DNA of 63,740 bases, counting the filler, from Octopus bimaculoides (Eukaryota), in assembly GCF_001194135.2 (NCBI RefSeq). It is 5 parts of 5 records of this genome, joined end to end, with 100 filler letters (N's around TTAATTAATTAA, not from the genome) between each part and the next. Parts side by side here need not be neighbours in the genome. Positions count along the whole stretch, not along the records: positions 1 to 25,074 come from NC_068999.1; positions 25,175 to 46,698 come from NC_068988.1; 3 more parts are not named here. One strand, given 5' to 3'. Each line of letters starts with the position of its first letter. Position 1 is the first letter of the stretch. This document shows positions 12,951 through 26,809 of the stretch, piece by piece. A model generated the notes under the pieces. It saw nothing but the letters and a program-made list of their open reading frames with translations, ran no database searches and had not been told where the DNA came from. The position numbers and the translations under genes are program-made.

Positions 12951-14527
12951 AAACAAGAGTTTATATGACTATTTGCAGAAGGTGAAATTAGTAAAAGCTA
13001 GTTTGAAAGACTTCAGAAGTACATGAATTTACACAACATAAAAATGACTAGTGAAACTGCGAGCGCTAACACAGAGGCTGCAACTAATTATTCTGAGCAG
13101 TCGAAGCAAGTTATTGCTGAAGGGGCTACACATCAGAGTAAGTATACAATATTGATGAAACAGTACTTTTCTGAAAGTGCATGCCTGACAATTGTTTTGG
13201 GAGGAAATGCCGCTGGTAATATGAAATTAAAGTCACTACTCATGTATCACTTTGAAGATCCAAGGGCTTCCACGGGTTACACAAAGTTTAATCTACCTCT
13301 AATTTGGCGTTCAAATAAGAAGGCATGGATGACTAAGAGTAGTTTACAAAGGCTTTTTGTCCTGACGTAGAAAGGTACAGTGCCATACATCTTTCCAACA
13401 AAGCATTGCTTCTTTTAGACAATGCACCAAGCCAACCAGCGATCTTAGATGATCTTTCTGATGAGGGAAGAATAAATTATATCTTCAAGAATACAACTTT
13501 TTTGTTCCAGTCAATGGATGAAGATGTGATAGCTAACTTCAAGGCATATTATATGAGAAGAACCTTCAAGCACCTTATGAAAACAATTGATAGAGAGGAT
13601 AAACCTACTGTTAGGGATTTCTGGAAGGAATTCAAACAATGGATGTTGTGAATAATATAAATGGGTCAGGGAGTGAAGTGAAACTTTCAACTTTGAATAG
13701 TGTTGGAAAAGTATCTGGCATTCCAAGTTTTCCTCAAGCGGAAAGTCTACATCAAATTCGGAAAAAATATTGTGACACATGCCAAGGATGTAGGATTTGA
13801 AGAAGTCACAGAGAATGATGTGATCGAGTTGCTGGTGTCCCAGGCAGAATATTTATTTGACGAGGAGCTGATGCTGCGTGAAAATAAACAATCTGAGAAT
13901 ACAGATGAAACAATGGAAGTTTCACCTACAACACTTATTGTTAAATGGTTGGCATTTATAGAGGAAAGTCTGCAGGTTTTTGCTGATAACGATCCTAATC
14001 GCGAACGTAACATAAAAATTACAAGACGCGTTTGCAACGAGCTCACTTCCTACACTGAGTTGTACAAAGGTATGATGCGTCATAAACAACAAGCAACTTT
14101 GGATAAATTATTCACCTCTCAAGCTGATGTTGGTGATAATGAACTATAAGATTGTAGATATTGTTCCTCGTCCTCCTAGTAACGTTCATTCCACCACCCT
14201 CCTCACACAGTGGTCAGCGTCTTTTGTGGTAAGAACGTACTATTACAATACTACGATCTTAAATTCTCTAACGTATGTTTTTGTGTTTTTATGTATCTAT
14301 ATTGTACTGTGTATGTTTAGAAATTGTTACTTTCATGTATATAGGTGATCGTGTAGCTTGTTCTCTGTAATTTTCTTATTCTTGTTTTTTCGAAAAATAT
14401 GTAGGAACGCAACCTCACTTAATAACATGAAGATCAATAAGAAAATTAACTTTGCATTACGAGATTTCGCATTATGGCCAGATTTTCAGGGATGCATTAC
14501 TTCTGTAAAGTGAAGGATTTCTGCACT
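12545..14527 (+). mobile_element. pogo/Tigger-type Tc1/mariner DNA transposon, decayed transposase
   Basis: HTH-psq (KRLDAGEKLSYIAKILNLA…VRTI), CENP-B HTH (MEQLLSVWIKDQ), DDE_1 segments (LTIVLGGNAAG, KKAWMT, LLLLDNAPS, QSMDEDVIANFKAYY). A (GA)n insertion lies at 12815-12945. Only a putative 3' terminus (~14470-14525) is visible. Confidence 0.88.
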
Positions 14528-14808
14528 ACCTTCATAGTACTTAGATCTAAAATAACTAGAATCATCCAGTTTTACTCCTAATTTTCTCTTATGTGTTTCA
14601 ACCAAGTCTATACACTAAACTACATTTTAAAGCATTTTAACTCAGAGTCGTTTTCTCTACATTTTTATTTAAAAATTAACTTGCAAACATTCAAATTAAA
14701 TATTTGTTGCAGTAACCTCGACTTGGTATTTTTATATTTATCAATGAAGGGGAAAATTAAATCTTTATTGTTACAACTCTCCTCTTATAACTAATATGTA
14801 TAAGTGAT

Positions 14809-15079
14809 CAGTGGCGGACCGGGTCTAAAAATATTGGTTGCCAGGAGACTAAGGGGGCCCACCTGCAGCTACAAATGCTATCATTTAATTTTTTTTTGTT
14901 AAAAGTATTCTTTTCAACTGTCCACAAACACAGCCAGGCTGAAATAATTAATGCATTCTTCCAGGAATGAATAAAACATTCTCAAATTTGAGGGGATGGC
15001 CTCCTTAGACACTAACACGGGCCCCGATATATGGATTCTAATGGCACAGGGGATCACTTGCCTGGCCAGTCTGCCACTG
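14809..15079. mobile_element. hAT-family MITE, 271 bp
   Basis: TIRs CAGTGGCGGACCGG / CCAGTCTGCCACTG (2 mismatches); 8-bp flanks TAAGTGAT / CAAGTGAC (6/8 identical, consistent with an aged 8-bp TSD). Confidence 0.8.
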
Positions 15080-15228
15080 CAAGTGACTGTGTGTGTCTCT
15101 ATGTGTATGCACGAGCGTATGTACATTTGAGTCTGTGTAATTTCCAACACGTAGAGAACTAAATGTCTATATAAACTCTTCGATTCTCTATCAATACATA
15201 TACCTACCTATACACAAAAAAGAGGAAT

Positions 15229-15362
<134 letters not shown>

Positions 15363-17437
15363 ATGAAAATAAATGAAGAGAGTACTCGAACAAGAGAGAA
15401 GAAGAGAGGGAAAGAATGCCTGATCAAACAAAAGAAGTGAGTTGAAAGGATGAATAATATGATAGAGTATGATAAAATCTGCGACCGATAGAAATTCAGT
15501 TTCTAAGCTAACAAGTATTCTTTCAAAAAAGGACAAAGTTAGCAAAATATCATTCGCTTACATCTGTTGTTAAAAGAATCAAATTTACTATTACAGAGCT
15601 TTAAATCTTGGACATTTAAACAAGATCTTGCCTTTTAGGAAAAAAAAAAATCTTTTGGAAAATAGCTTTCAAACTTGAAAGACTTCAGCTGTATTAAATA
15701 AAAGCATTCTAAACAGAAAAGGGAAATCTTCAAACATTCACGAAAACTACGTTGATTTTGTTGTCACCATTGTTCTTGGGTTAGCATTCCTAGCACACAG
15801 AAACATTTTATATGCCGCTATTTGGAAAAAATATCCCACAATATACACTAAAAACATACAACTATATCAAAAACTTTATTAAAGCGAGGATATTTTATTT
15901 CTATATCACTTTTTATGTCATGTTTCAATGATATGTTATTAACATTTAAATAAATTTTGAAAAATGTTCTCCATTTCCATTTTTCCGTTAGAGAATAAGA
16001 GGAAATCGGAATTTAAAATATTCTGTTCGAAACCATAACTGTAAAACAAATCTTTTAAAACAAAAGATGGAGAATAACCAGCCCAGCTAATTCTGAACAG
16101 CCAACACTATTTCAATAAATCTTATCGAGTAATGTCAGCTGCAGTTACACTTAGAATAATATTATCCATTCATATATACATCTATATGTTCGTATACACA
16201 TAATTAAAATAACACTTTTGCTTTCTCTGTTGTTTTGTCTACCTTGCACATATGAAGCGTATTAAGATAACAATATTGAAATATGTTAAAGCCATAAATA
16301 TGATTTAATCAGAACTTTATATAAATTCTGCTGTTTGATATATTAAAAACGCTTCTCTACAAAGTCGACATATTAGACATTTTTCAAGCTAAAATATTAA
16401 CACTTTTATAAAAACTCCCTTATCTTCTTACTAAACTTCAAAATAGTTTATTTTTTGTCTTCTTTTCAGAATTTGCACGCGATATGATATAATGTCGATT
16501 AGATAACCCATATCTATAAAACTCTAACATACCACGCTGAACACATTTGGTGATTTTTGATTTGAGACTGTACAACTTAGAAAAGTCAATGAATTAAAGA
16601 AAAGAAAAATCAATCATGGATTTAACAGAAACGTTTACTAATTTACAATAGCGTTCTTAGATATTTCCACGCAAAAGTTTACATTAGCATTGATGCTATT
16701 GCATAATAAAAAGTAAACCTATTGTTCTGAAACCAGCATGGCGTGTGAAAATTAATCCGCCAGTATATTAAAGCATCTAAAACATACACTACAAATGTGT
16801 AATTTATGAATTATTATTGTAAGGATACATTTCTTGTAATTTGATTTATTTCAGTACGCATTTTGTTGACAACGAAGGGACGAGTGGAAAAGTCGAGATT
16901 GCCTCCCCATTTTTCTGCACCTAAATAGTACAGAAAGAACGTGTTTATGTTCTAATTCAACCCATAACTAGGCCATCTGTCTGTATATTTATATTAGACC
17001 ACAGTTTGTTTTACTTAACCCAAATTCATTTCCTTTTAGTTTATTTCTAAATTTGCTTAGCATGGCCACAACTGTAGACTACCTATTTTTACCTGATTCG
17101 TACGTCCTGATTGTTTTCCTTGTAGAATCCTGCTACACCCGTCATATCCCCCATATCCACTTCATCCCTTCACTGCCTCACCGCTTACTGCATAAACTCT
17201 GTTTCTAATTTCACTTTAATACCCTTTCCTTCAAAAATGTAATCATGTTAGTTCATGGAAAACATCTGCTGTATAGCTGTGACTTCAAAAATGCATTGGT
17301 GCATCTGGCACCTACTAGCGAAAGTTCATATCTGCTTATAATTTTGTTTAAATCTAAATGAAGTAGCTGTTATGCTCTCTCGACTGTTTGGAATAATCCT
17401 ATTATGAAACTATGAGAGACGATATTCTACGCTGTGT

Positions 17438-17550
17438 CAGGACACATACATTGCTCTACATACAGGACACATACATTGCTCTACATACAGGACACATACA
17501 TGACTCGTACAAGACATATACAGGACACATACACATACATCGCTCTACAT
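17438..17550. repeat. 25-bp minisatellite
   Basis: CAGGACACATACATTGCTCTACATA twice perfectly (17438-17487) plus degenerate further units. Confidence 0.85.
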
Positions 17551-17749
17551 CTGTATCGAGTACTCTTTTTATTCATGTAATTTTTTTACATTACTTTATT
17601 CCCCTGTGCTATATAGTGACTTAATACAGAGGAATAGTAGATTGTATATTACTTGATTAGTGATATGTAACGAAGTATTATGACGTCATATTGGGTCCCA
17701 TTATTGTATGATTTGCTACACATTTCATTACGTTTGGTGCAACCCATGT

Positions 17750-17784
<35 letters not shown>

Positions 17785-18989
17785 CACATATGCATAAAAG
17801 AGAACTGCTTATTAATGTGTGACTAATAACTCTCTAAAAACTACGAAAAACGTCACGTGTACTTGAACCAATAAAAGTTTCTATTAACTAGCATGAAAAT
17901 ATGTATCTCGTTACGTACCCACTGGCTAACATTTCTGGCAGTGACACTTATGATCATTGTCGTAGAAAGCAACTCTCATGTGTAAAGTAAGTTCTTTTGA
18001 TCACTAAACTGACCAGTAACATTAAAATAGGCAAGACATTTGTGTGTGGCTGCTGAAAACTGAAAATCTCTACTATACACGCGAAAATATTCCAAGGAAC
18101 GTGGAACGAGAAGTAGTTGCATAGCTTCAAACAAATTAATATTAATTTCTATTTCTGCGCATCCGAACATATTGAAACACACACTATTACACATATTTAC
18201 ATACGCACACATACACAGATATACAGTATCATACACTAGAATAAGAATTCCTTTTGTTTGTGAATGCCTAGTTAGTTAATTATATTATTTTGGTTAGTAT
18301 GGAAATGAAGTATGCAAGCGGTCGATGAAATATAACTAAACATTCGGTCATGCATATAGCCATCTTCAAAGCAAAGGTATTAAAAGTTTATATAGATTTG
18401 GTAATAGTGAGCAAGTACTTAAACATAGAAATAGAAAAATTGATGAAGTACTGTTAATAATTGCTTTTATTTGCTAAAAAACAGTTGGCTGGTTGGGTTA
18501 AGGAATGGATATCATGATACAGTAGCTGTGTTCATAAATTATGATATAGAAAAGATAAATGTCTTTGTTTACATATTGATCTCATTTCTTTACGTATTTT
18601 ATTTACATATTGATCTCATGTAGATAGTTTTGTCTTTGTTAAAATAGATTTTGTAATTAATTAATTTTAATAACTTAAATAATCTTTACAATAAAGTATA
18701 AAGAATAAATTTTCAACTTGTCGGTAAACAAAATGTTCCACAATGTAAACAAATTGATACTAAGCATTAATATCAGAAAATAATCTATTTAGATATAACT
18801 GTACCAAACTATAAGTAAAACTTCAAATTAATAATGAAGATAATAATGAAGATGTTAACAAAACATGAAACTATTTTCATTTCACTAAGTTAGTACATCC
18901 ATTTATTAATATTTATCCAAAACAAAACAAACATCCAATAATACGGTGGTGGGGACAAACACAAACACAAAGAAACACACACAGATATA

Positions 18990-19158
18990 AATATACGACA
19001 GGCTTCTTTCAGTTTCCGTCTACCAAATCCACTCACAAGGCTTTGGCCGGCTCGAGGCTATAGTAGAAGACATTTACCCAAAATGACACGCAGTGGAACT
19101 GAACCAGGAACTATGTGGATGGGAAACGAACTTCTTACCACACTGGCACACTACGCAT
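18990..19158 (-). mobile_element. tRNA-derived CORE-like SINE family A (head and core)
   Basis: Reverse complement: GTGGTAAGAAG…GGTTCAGTTCCACTGCGTG…TTGGGTAAATGTCTTCTACTATAGCC; same family as 52705-53070. Confidence 0.8.
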
Positions 19159-19559
19159 GTTCATAACATATTTGTAAATATAGTAAATAAAAATAAATGG
19201 ATCTCTGGTGGTAGTGAAGGTAAATATTCAGTTGTTCGATCAGCTGAATCTGGAAGTAGCGTGTAGGTGCTGAGTATTCCACAGACACGTGTACTTTTAA
19301 CATAATCCTCAACCAAATCAGGCCTCGTTTGCCTTAAAAATGCGATGGGTGCAAATTAACATTTGCTGATTCTTAAAAAAAGCATGTTAATATTGCTTAT
19401 GGTGCCTTTCCCAGACCCTATCACATAAAAATTTTATGTTAATTAAATTTTACATATTCAAATGAAGTTCAGGTATAAACAAAATAAGCTGAAAAAGAAT
19501 TTATTATATCAAATAAACAAAAAATAAAACATAGACGTTTGAATAAAAAAATATAAAGT

Positions 19560-22420
19560 AAGTTTATTGTCTTTTAGAACTTTCCAAATGTATTATAGCT
19601 CACATCATTACTGTCAATAAATAATTTAGCAACTTCTTCACAACTAATCTTTTTCAAAACATTTCTATGAACGTAGCATATTAGAATATGATTCAAGCTT
19701 TGCTGAGTCATGGTCAATCGCAACCAAGTTTTGAGTCTCCGCTGATCGCTAAAGGATCTTTCAGTTTCACAAGAATTGGTTGGAAACATTAAAAGCAACT
19801 GAGCAATCGCTCAACATTTGGAAACATGCGACGGGCATCTGGTTGCATTTCACCGAATAGTTTACGATGATCCTCGAGAGATGATCCACTATGATAATTT
19901 CTATAAAAAATATTTCATTCCTTAGAGAAAATTCACCAAGCTCTGGATACTGCATGATCACTTCAGCATAAAAATTTCAATTGAGTAAAATATTGTTTAG
20001 TTTTTCATAACTTATTAAATCGTTCAAATTTGCTATTGCAGTATCCACTACCTGCAAATACTGCACTCTGTAATGATCCAAAACAGTGCAGTGTTGATAT
20101 TTTAACGCATTTCCTTCCTAATATCTTTTAGGAACTTTTCGTTGCTTGGGTAGCTCCAAAGGAGAAATATCAAGTTGATAAATAATTTCTTCTGCTGTAT
20201 NNNNNNNNNNNNNNNNNNNNNNNNNNNNNNNNNNNNNNNNNNNNNNNNNNNNNNNNNNNNNNNNNNNNNNNNNNNNNNNNNNNNNNNNNNNNNNNNNNNN
20301 NNNNNNNNNNNNNNNNNNNNNNNNNNNNNNNNNNNNNNNGCCACCTTGATTAACGGTGGTACTTTGAAAAAAATTATTCAATCCATCAAGGAGTTGAAGT
20401 AATGGAACTAAAACATGCAATCCAAGAACACATTGGCCTGTAAAGTGATAAGTAAGAATACCATTAGCACTGGATGCAATGTTGGTGCGAAACTCATTTG
20501 TTGCCTCTTATAAAGAAATGAGGACATCTGAATAGTTTTCAAGAAGGGCTTTGACTGCAGAAAGCAGTGTTAGCCATTGACTAGGGCACACAGGTTTTCA
20601 GGAGCGTAGTGACGATACTTCATTTTCTTCATCATGTGATAAACACATGTGCTTAAATTTCCATGATGTACTACATAGTTTTCCCAATTCATTCGCGTAA
20701 TCGAGAGCACTTTTGATAAATGAAGCTTGTTGAATGGACTTAGCTATAATAAGTTGAGAAATATGAGCGCCGTAGTGAACTTAATGGGCCAGAGGCTGAA
20801 TCTTTATTTCTGCTTGACAACCAAGATATTAGCTGCACCATCATATGTCTGGCACCGAAAATTTTGAAAGAAGTACATCAAGAATCATTTGACAAAGAGA
20901 TTTACCAGTTGTACTATCTATATTGTAAATTCCTAAAACATCGTCTTTAATTTCAAAATAATCATTCGCATGTTCCTTACCCTGAATATCTTGTGTAGCA
21001 TCAATAATTATTCCAAACTGCTAACATTCTTTGTTAATTGTCTTTATTATGCCTTTCAAAACCATATGGCTCATTGTTTTAAAAATCATTTTGGATTTCA
21101 GCTGGTGTAGCTGTGCATTCTGCTCAATCAAACTCTTAGCTCATGAACATCTTCACATCGAAGATTTAACAGCTCCATGAAGTTGCCCTCATCACTATGC
21201 TTTCCTTGAATTGTCAACCCTTGCTCGGCTAAATATTATCTTAAGTAAAACGTGCCTTGCTTTATTTTGATTATCATGGTGGGTTTGGTTCAAGTTTGGC
21301 CGTATACTTTCTTGTTTCTTTTTGAAAAGGATGTTAGATGTCGCAAGTTTATAAGTGTTTGACTTTTCCTGAGGCTTTTACCAGTTTTTTAAGCCTCTTA
21401 AANNNNNNNNNNNNNNNNNNNNNNNNNNNNNNNNNNNNNNNNNNNNNNNNNNNNNNNNNNNNNNNNNNNNNNNNNNNNNNNNNNNNNNNNNNNNNNNNNN
21501 NNNNNNNNNNNNNNNNNNNNNNNNNNNNNNNNNNNNNNNNNNNNNNNNNNNNNNNNNNNNNNNNNNNNNNNNNNNNNNNNNNNNNNNNNNNNNNNNNNNN
21601 NNNNNNNNNNNNNNNNNNNNNNNNNNNNNNNNNNNNNNNNNNNNNNNNNNNNNNNNNNNNNNNNNNNNNNNNNNNNNNNNNNNNNNNNNNNNNNNNNNNN
21701 NNNNNNNNNNNNNNNNNNNNNNNNNNNNNNNNNNNNNNNNNNNNNNNNNNNNNNNNNNNNNNNNNNNNNNNNNNNNNNNNNNNNNNNNNNNNNNNNNNNN
21801 NNNNNNNNNNNNNNNNNNNNNNNNNNNNNNNNNNNNNNNNNNNNNNNNNNNNNNNNNNNNNNNNNNNNNNNNNNNNNNNNNNNNNNNNNNNNNNNNNNNN
21901 NNNNNNNNNNNNNNNNNNNNNNNNNNNNNNNNNNNNNNNNNNNNNNNNNNNNNNNNNNNNNNNNNNNNNNNNNNNNNNNNNNNNNNNNNNNNNNNNNNNN
22001 NNNNNNNNNNNNNNNNNNNNNNNNNNNNNNNNNNNNNNNNNNNNNNNNNNNNNNNNNNNNNNNNNNNNNNNNNNNNNNNNNNNNNNNNNNNNNNNNNNNN
22101 NNNNNNNNNNNNNNNNNNNNNNNNNNNNNNNNNNNNNNNNNNNNNNNNNNNNNNNNNNNNNNNNNNNNNNNNNNNNNNNNNNNNNNNNNNNNNNNNNNNN
22201 NNNNNNNNNNNNNNNNNNNNNNNNNNNNNNNNNNNNNNNNNNNNNNNNNNNNNNNNNNNNNNNNNNNNNNNNNNNNNNNNNNNNNNNNNNNNNNNNNNNN
22301 NNNNNNNNNNNNNGATCAAATGGTATAGGGAAGCTTTCTTTACATTCAGGAGGTTCATAAGAAATGATGAAAGTTGAGAGAGACACAAGATCTTGGTTTG
22401 ATTTTTTTTTTGTATTCCTC
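19560..22420 (-). mobile_element. hAT DNA transposase relic (ZMYM1/P52rIPK-like group), split by gaps
   Basis: C-terminal dimerisation domain PTNSCETERSFS..RRLKTWLRLTMTQ..LN (19574-19798); RCQTYDGAANI and VHYGAH at ~20770-20860; many stops. Confidence 0.85.
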
Positions 22421-22869
22421 GTTTGGAGCTTTTCTGAGAAAGAACAGTATCATTTTCACGACTACATTTATGTTAGAATTTTCAAAAACAAATCTTTAAA
22501 AAATACTTGTACGAATTAAATACGAAAACTTTTCAATCCAAAACAAAAGCAAACTATTTCAAATTATATATTTTTGAAAAATAGACGTGAATGCTCTCAA
22601 AGACCTCATCTCAGTCGAAAACGCCTTTTTAAAATTCTATATTTCACTTTTAGCTATTGCAATATTTCGATTGGATAGACAATTCTACAATTTAAACTGT
22701 AAAGTCAAAATGCCAAAGATTCAAACTATGAAGAATTTCTTACCTTTCTCTGAAATCCTAAACCCAAGGGAAAAATTGCACCTTGCAAAATAAAACAACT
22801 CGATCATAAACTAGTTGCAACGAATGAATTGAGATGTTTGGTGACAGTGAGCAAACAATATCTGTATCA

Positions 22870-23124
22870 ATTATAATTAAGGGTACAGAAGCTTCTGTGT
22901 CTGTATGCTGAAGATAGACGCTAAATCCGTCTAACCACTCCAAATCATCACTTTATAATTTACACATGTTGAAAGCGTGGAAGTAGACTGACAGAAATTC
23001 AATAATTCCACTTCCTCGCTTTCAGCATGTGTAAATTAGAAAGTAATGATTTGGAATGGTTAGAAGGATTTAGCGTCTATCTTCAGCATATAGGCACAGA
23101 AACCTCAGTGTCCTTAATTGTAAT
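22870..23124. mobile_element. Foldback MITE / long inverted repeat
   Basis: Arms 22870-22987 and 23007-23124 (118 bp each, gap-free, roughly 85-90% complementary by eye) around a 19-nt spacer. Confidence 0.85.
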
Positions 23125-23857
23125 AGTATTTTATACCATTATAAATCTCTATATATGAATTTACCTAAGTAGGTCTATTTTATATGCTGGCCATTGATAA
23201 AATTTTTAATGATTTTATCCTTTAATTATATTTGAATATATACATAGATACACACACATACATACACACACAAACTTGTGTGCCTGTGTGTGTGTGTTGG
23301 TGCATGTGTGTGTGTGTGTGTGTGTGTGTGAGATTGTGTGTGAGCATGTGCCTTGGTTTTGGTACAGAAAAAAATTTGTCTCCAGCTTTTATTGCCTGTT
23401 GAGATCAAAGGCGACTGCTCTGGGTACAAAGTGACCAGCTTTTCAACAACGTCAAATAATAACGCCAGATATTCCCTTCTATGTCAGCTATCTCCGATGA
23501 GCGTATTTATATAATTGGTTTGTTGCCGAACACTCCGTCGTATTTTTTGCACGAAACTGATTGGTAAGACCAGCCGTGATGGATATTTAATACTATAAAA
23601 TTCGGATGATATANNNNNNNNNNNNNNNNNNNNNNNNNNNNNNNNNNNNNNNNNNNNNNNNNNNNNNNNNNNNNNNNNNNNNNNNNNNNNNNNNNNNNNN
23701 NNNNNNNNNNNNNNNNNNNNNNNNNNNNNNNNNNNNNNNNNNNNNNNNNNNNNNNNNNNNNNNNNNNNNNNNNNTATATAAATAAATGAAGAGAGAAAGA
23801 GGGATAGACAGAGAGAGTAAGAGATGTGTGTTTGGTACATGTCTATCTATCTATCTT

Positions 23858-23901
<44 letters not shown>

Positions 23902-23904
23902 CAC

Positions 23905-24307
23905 CAGGGGGCTCAAACATGCGGCCCGCGAACTACTTTACTAAGGCCCGTGGTAGAACCAGTATTTCAGATTGCATTATAACTGGTGAAAATAAGATGG
24001 CGAGCTGGTTGAATCCTTAGCACATCTGGCGAAATGCTTCGCGGCACTTTTTCTGTCTTGAAGTTCTGAGTTCAAATTCAGCCAATCTTGACTTTACCTT
24101 TCATCCTTTTGGAGTCGGTAACTTAAGTACCAGTTGTGGACTGGGATCGATGCAATTAACTGTCCTCACCACCAAATTTCAGGCCCTGTGCCTGTAGTAG
24201 AAAGGATTACAATTGATGAAAATCAACACCCACCACCACTTTTGGCCCACTGTGCCTCTCCTCCAGGACGTAATGGCCCTTCTGTGTCCTGGAGTTTGAG
24301 ACATCTG
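23905..24307. mobile_element. Putative Charlie-like hAT MITE with a nested family-B SINE (~23995-24210)
   Basis: Ends CAGGGGGCTCAAAC… / …GTTTGAGACATCTG, with subterminal GGCCC motifs at both ends. No convincing TSD. Confidence 0.55.
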
Positions 24308-24599
24308 TTCCACACACAGACGCACACACTTCACTTCTTTTCTGTCTTTGGACTATGCCCATGCTGGAGCATCGCTTTGGTAAGTTACGGAGACGCGAAC
24401 AAATCAACAAGCGTTGGTAGGAGGGCAAACACAAACGCAAAGACACACACAGGCATATATACATATGTATACACACACACACACACATACATATATGTAG
24501 AGAATTTTTTGAAGTGATGTACAGATATTGTACATTGAGAATAACATACATTCTTACTACCTTATTATTCTCAATATATATACATACATATATATATAT

Positions 24600-24726
24600 A
24601 CGACGGGCTTTTAGTTTTCGTCTATCAAATCCACTCACAGGGCTTTGGTCAGCCTGGGAAGTGGGACTGAACCCGTAAACATATGGCTGGGGTGCAAGCT
24701 TCTTACCACACAGTCACACTGCGTGC
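24600..24726 (-). mobile_element. SINE family A, partial
   Basis: Reverse complement: GTGTGGTAAGAAGCTTGCACCCCAGCCATATGTTTACGGGTTCAGTCCCAC. Confidence 0.7.
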
Positions 24727-25118
24727 GTGTGTATAAAACACACACACGCACACACACATATATAAATCTACATACATATATACATACATTTACGTATGTA
24801 TATAGCTATACATTTATATATTTGTCTACAAGCATGCATTTTTATTTAAGTGTGTCTATATGTGCCTATAAGGATGTTGACATGATTTATGTTTTTGTTT
24901 TGGTAAGGAGAGAATTTTGGCTCCAGATTTTATTACTCAGGGAAATTAAATACCAAAGCTCTACGTAAAAGCTGACCAGCTTTTCAATCTCATCAATCAC
25001 CAATGCCAGCCTGTGTGTGTAAATATGTGTATGTATGTATGTATGTATGTATGTATGTATGTATGTATGTATGTNNNNNNNNNNNNNNNNNNNNNNNNNN
25101 NNNNNNNNNNNNNNNNNN

Positions 25119-25130
25119 TTAATTAATTAA
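25119..25130. other. Synthetic scaffold-gap linker TTAATTAATTAA (also 46743-46754, 56713-56724, 62627-62638)
   Basis: Identical palindromic 12-mer with stops in all six frames, centred in 100-bp N blocks four times. Confidence 0.92.
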
Positions 25131-25403
25131 NNNNNNNNNNNNNNNNNNNNNNNNNNNNNNNNNNNNNNNNNNNNTTATGTTTTATTTATATTCTTGTAAA
25201 ATTAATGTGGGATATAGAATATGGAATATATAATATAATATATAATATAAAAATGAATGATAAAATGAAATGAAGTATTGAATGTCTTATTGAATATATG
25301 AAATATTGAGAATTCAATATAGAGAATTAAATATATAAAGGCTAATACGTATTTTCATGCCTAATGGCATTCATCAAGACCTCATCTGACAGACTGTAAC
25401 AGA

Positions 25404-25434
<31 letters not shown>

Positions 25435-26809
25435 CGCGTGTGTGTATACATGTGTATGTCAATGTGTGTGTGTGTGTGTGTATGAACGAACGTGCACGTC
25501 TAGCCATATATCTCCCTTTTAACTCTACCCTAAGAGCATGCGTATATTTGCATACTTTTTTCTATATTGTGATAGAACTTTCCATGTCTACCAACATAAA
25601 CTTTCTCTTTCATAATGTTTGTATGTTCTGAAAACGTAACTTACCCGAATAAAGTGCACTTCATATTCAAGGCTCAGATAAAGCTATTGGAAGTTATCTT
25701 GGTACGCAACTAACAGTCCTTCACATCTTAAAGCAGAAACAGTTGCAAGCTAATGAAATTCATTACATAACATTTGGTATAATTTCTTTGTCTTCTAATA
25801 CCCATATAACATTGTGTTCTGGACCATATGTAAATTGAGTTCTACACCCCGTTAACAGTCTCGCTATGTCTATGCGAAATATTAACATACCGCCTACTGG
25901 CAACTTTTTTACCCAATTTTATAGGTTGCTTATACAGTTAACCCGCGTTCGAAATTTTCCCTAACATATATATTGTGTGATATGAAGATTGTTTCCCAGC
26001 CACATAGTTCCAGGTTCAGTTCCACAGCGTAGCACCTTGGGCAAGTGTCTTATGCATATATTTATATATCATTTATATATATATATAAATAAATATATAT
26101 ATAAAAATATATGCATATATACATATATGTACATACCTACATATATATGTATATATACATGCATATATGGGTACAGGACATAAAAAAAACGTTAAACACA
26201 ATGAGAAACGAAAACATAGAAAACGATTTTTTTTCTGAACAACGAAAAAAACAAATAGAGAAGCGAGGCATGCGACATAAAGAATATACTCCTTCTTCAG
26301 TTGTCCCTGTTTCATCTACTCCGCGTTTCGAAGGNNNNNNNNNNNNNNNNNNNNNNNNNNNNNNNNNNNNNNNNNNNNNNNNNNNNNNNNNNNNNNNNNN
26401 NNNNNNNNNNNNNNNNNNNNNNNNNNNNNNNNNNCTGAAAGTGACCTGTTGTGGATGGTAGTAGTGATTGAATTCTTGAGACATATCTTTTGAATGTTTT
26501 GTTTATAAAATTTGCGTAGGTGTTATTCTAAACAGTAATAGTAGTAAAGTTAGGAAGGAGGTGGCGGAGAGAAAGAAGACGAAGAAGAAGAAGAAAGAGA
26601 AAGGAGAATAAGATCGAATGAAGGTAGTATGATAGTAGTAGGGTGTTAAATGGTCAAATGACCTAAAAGTGGCTCGTTATGGATTATAGCAGTGATTGGG
26701 ACTGTTTTTTAATGAATTCTTGGGAATTTCTTAAGTGTATCATTTTTAATATTTGAGTGTGTATATGTGTTATTCTAAGGCCATGGTGGATATGTCGTTT
26801 GTTGTAGAC

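Noticed and set aside
17438-17550. Repeat array considered as CRISPR-like
   Set aside because: Head-to-tail minisatellite without unique spacers, in a eukaryotic context with no cas genes.
21338-22388. Long ORFs (340-345 aa) in the ORF track
   Set aside because: They consist almost entirely of N-gap X residues; the same holds for the ORFs at 27437, 30230-30783, 41453-42086, 45227-46156 and 55184.
26285-26334. Hammerhead-like halves on the - strand (CCTTCGAAACGCGG … CTGAAGAAGG)
   Set aside because: The halves are in permuted order, stem I cannot be formed and helix III lacks the required U; a gap hides the upstream context.
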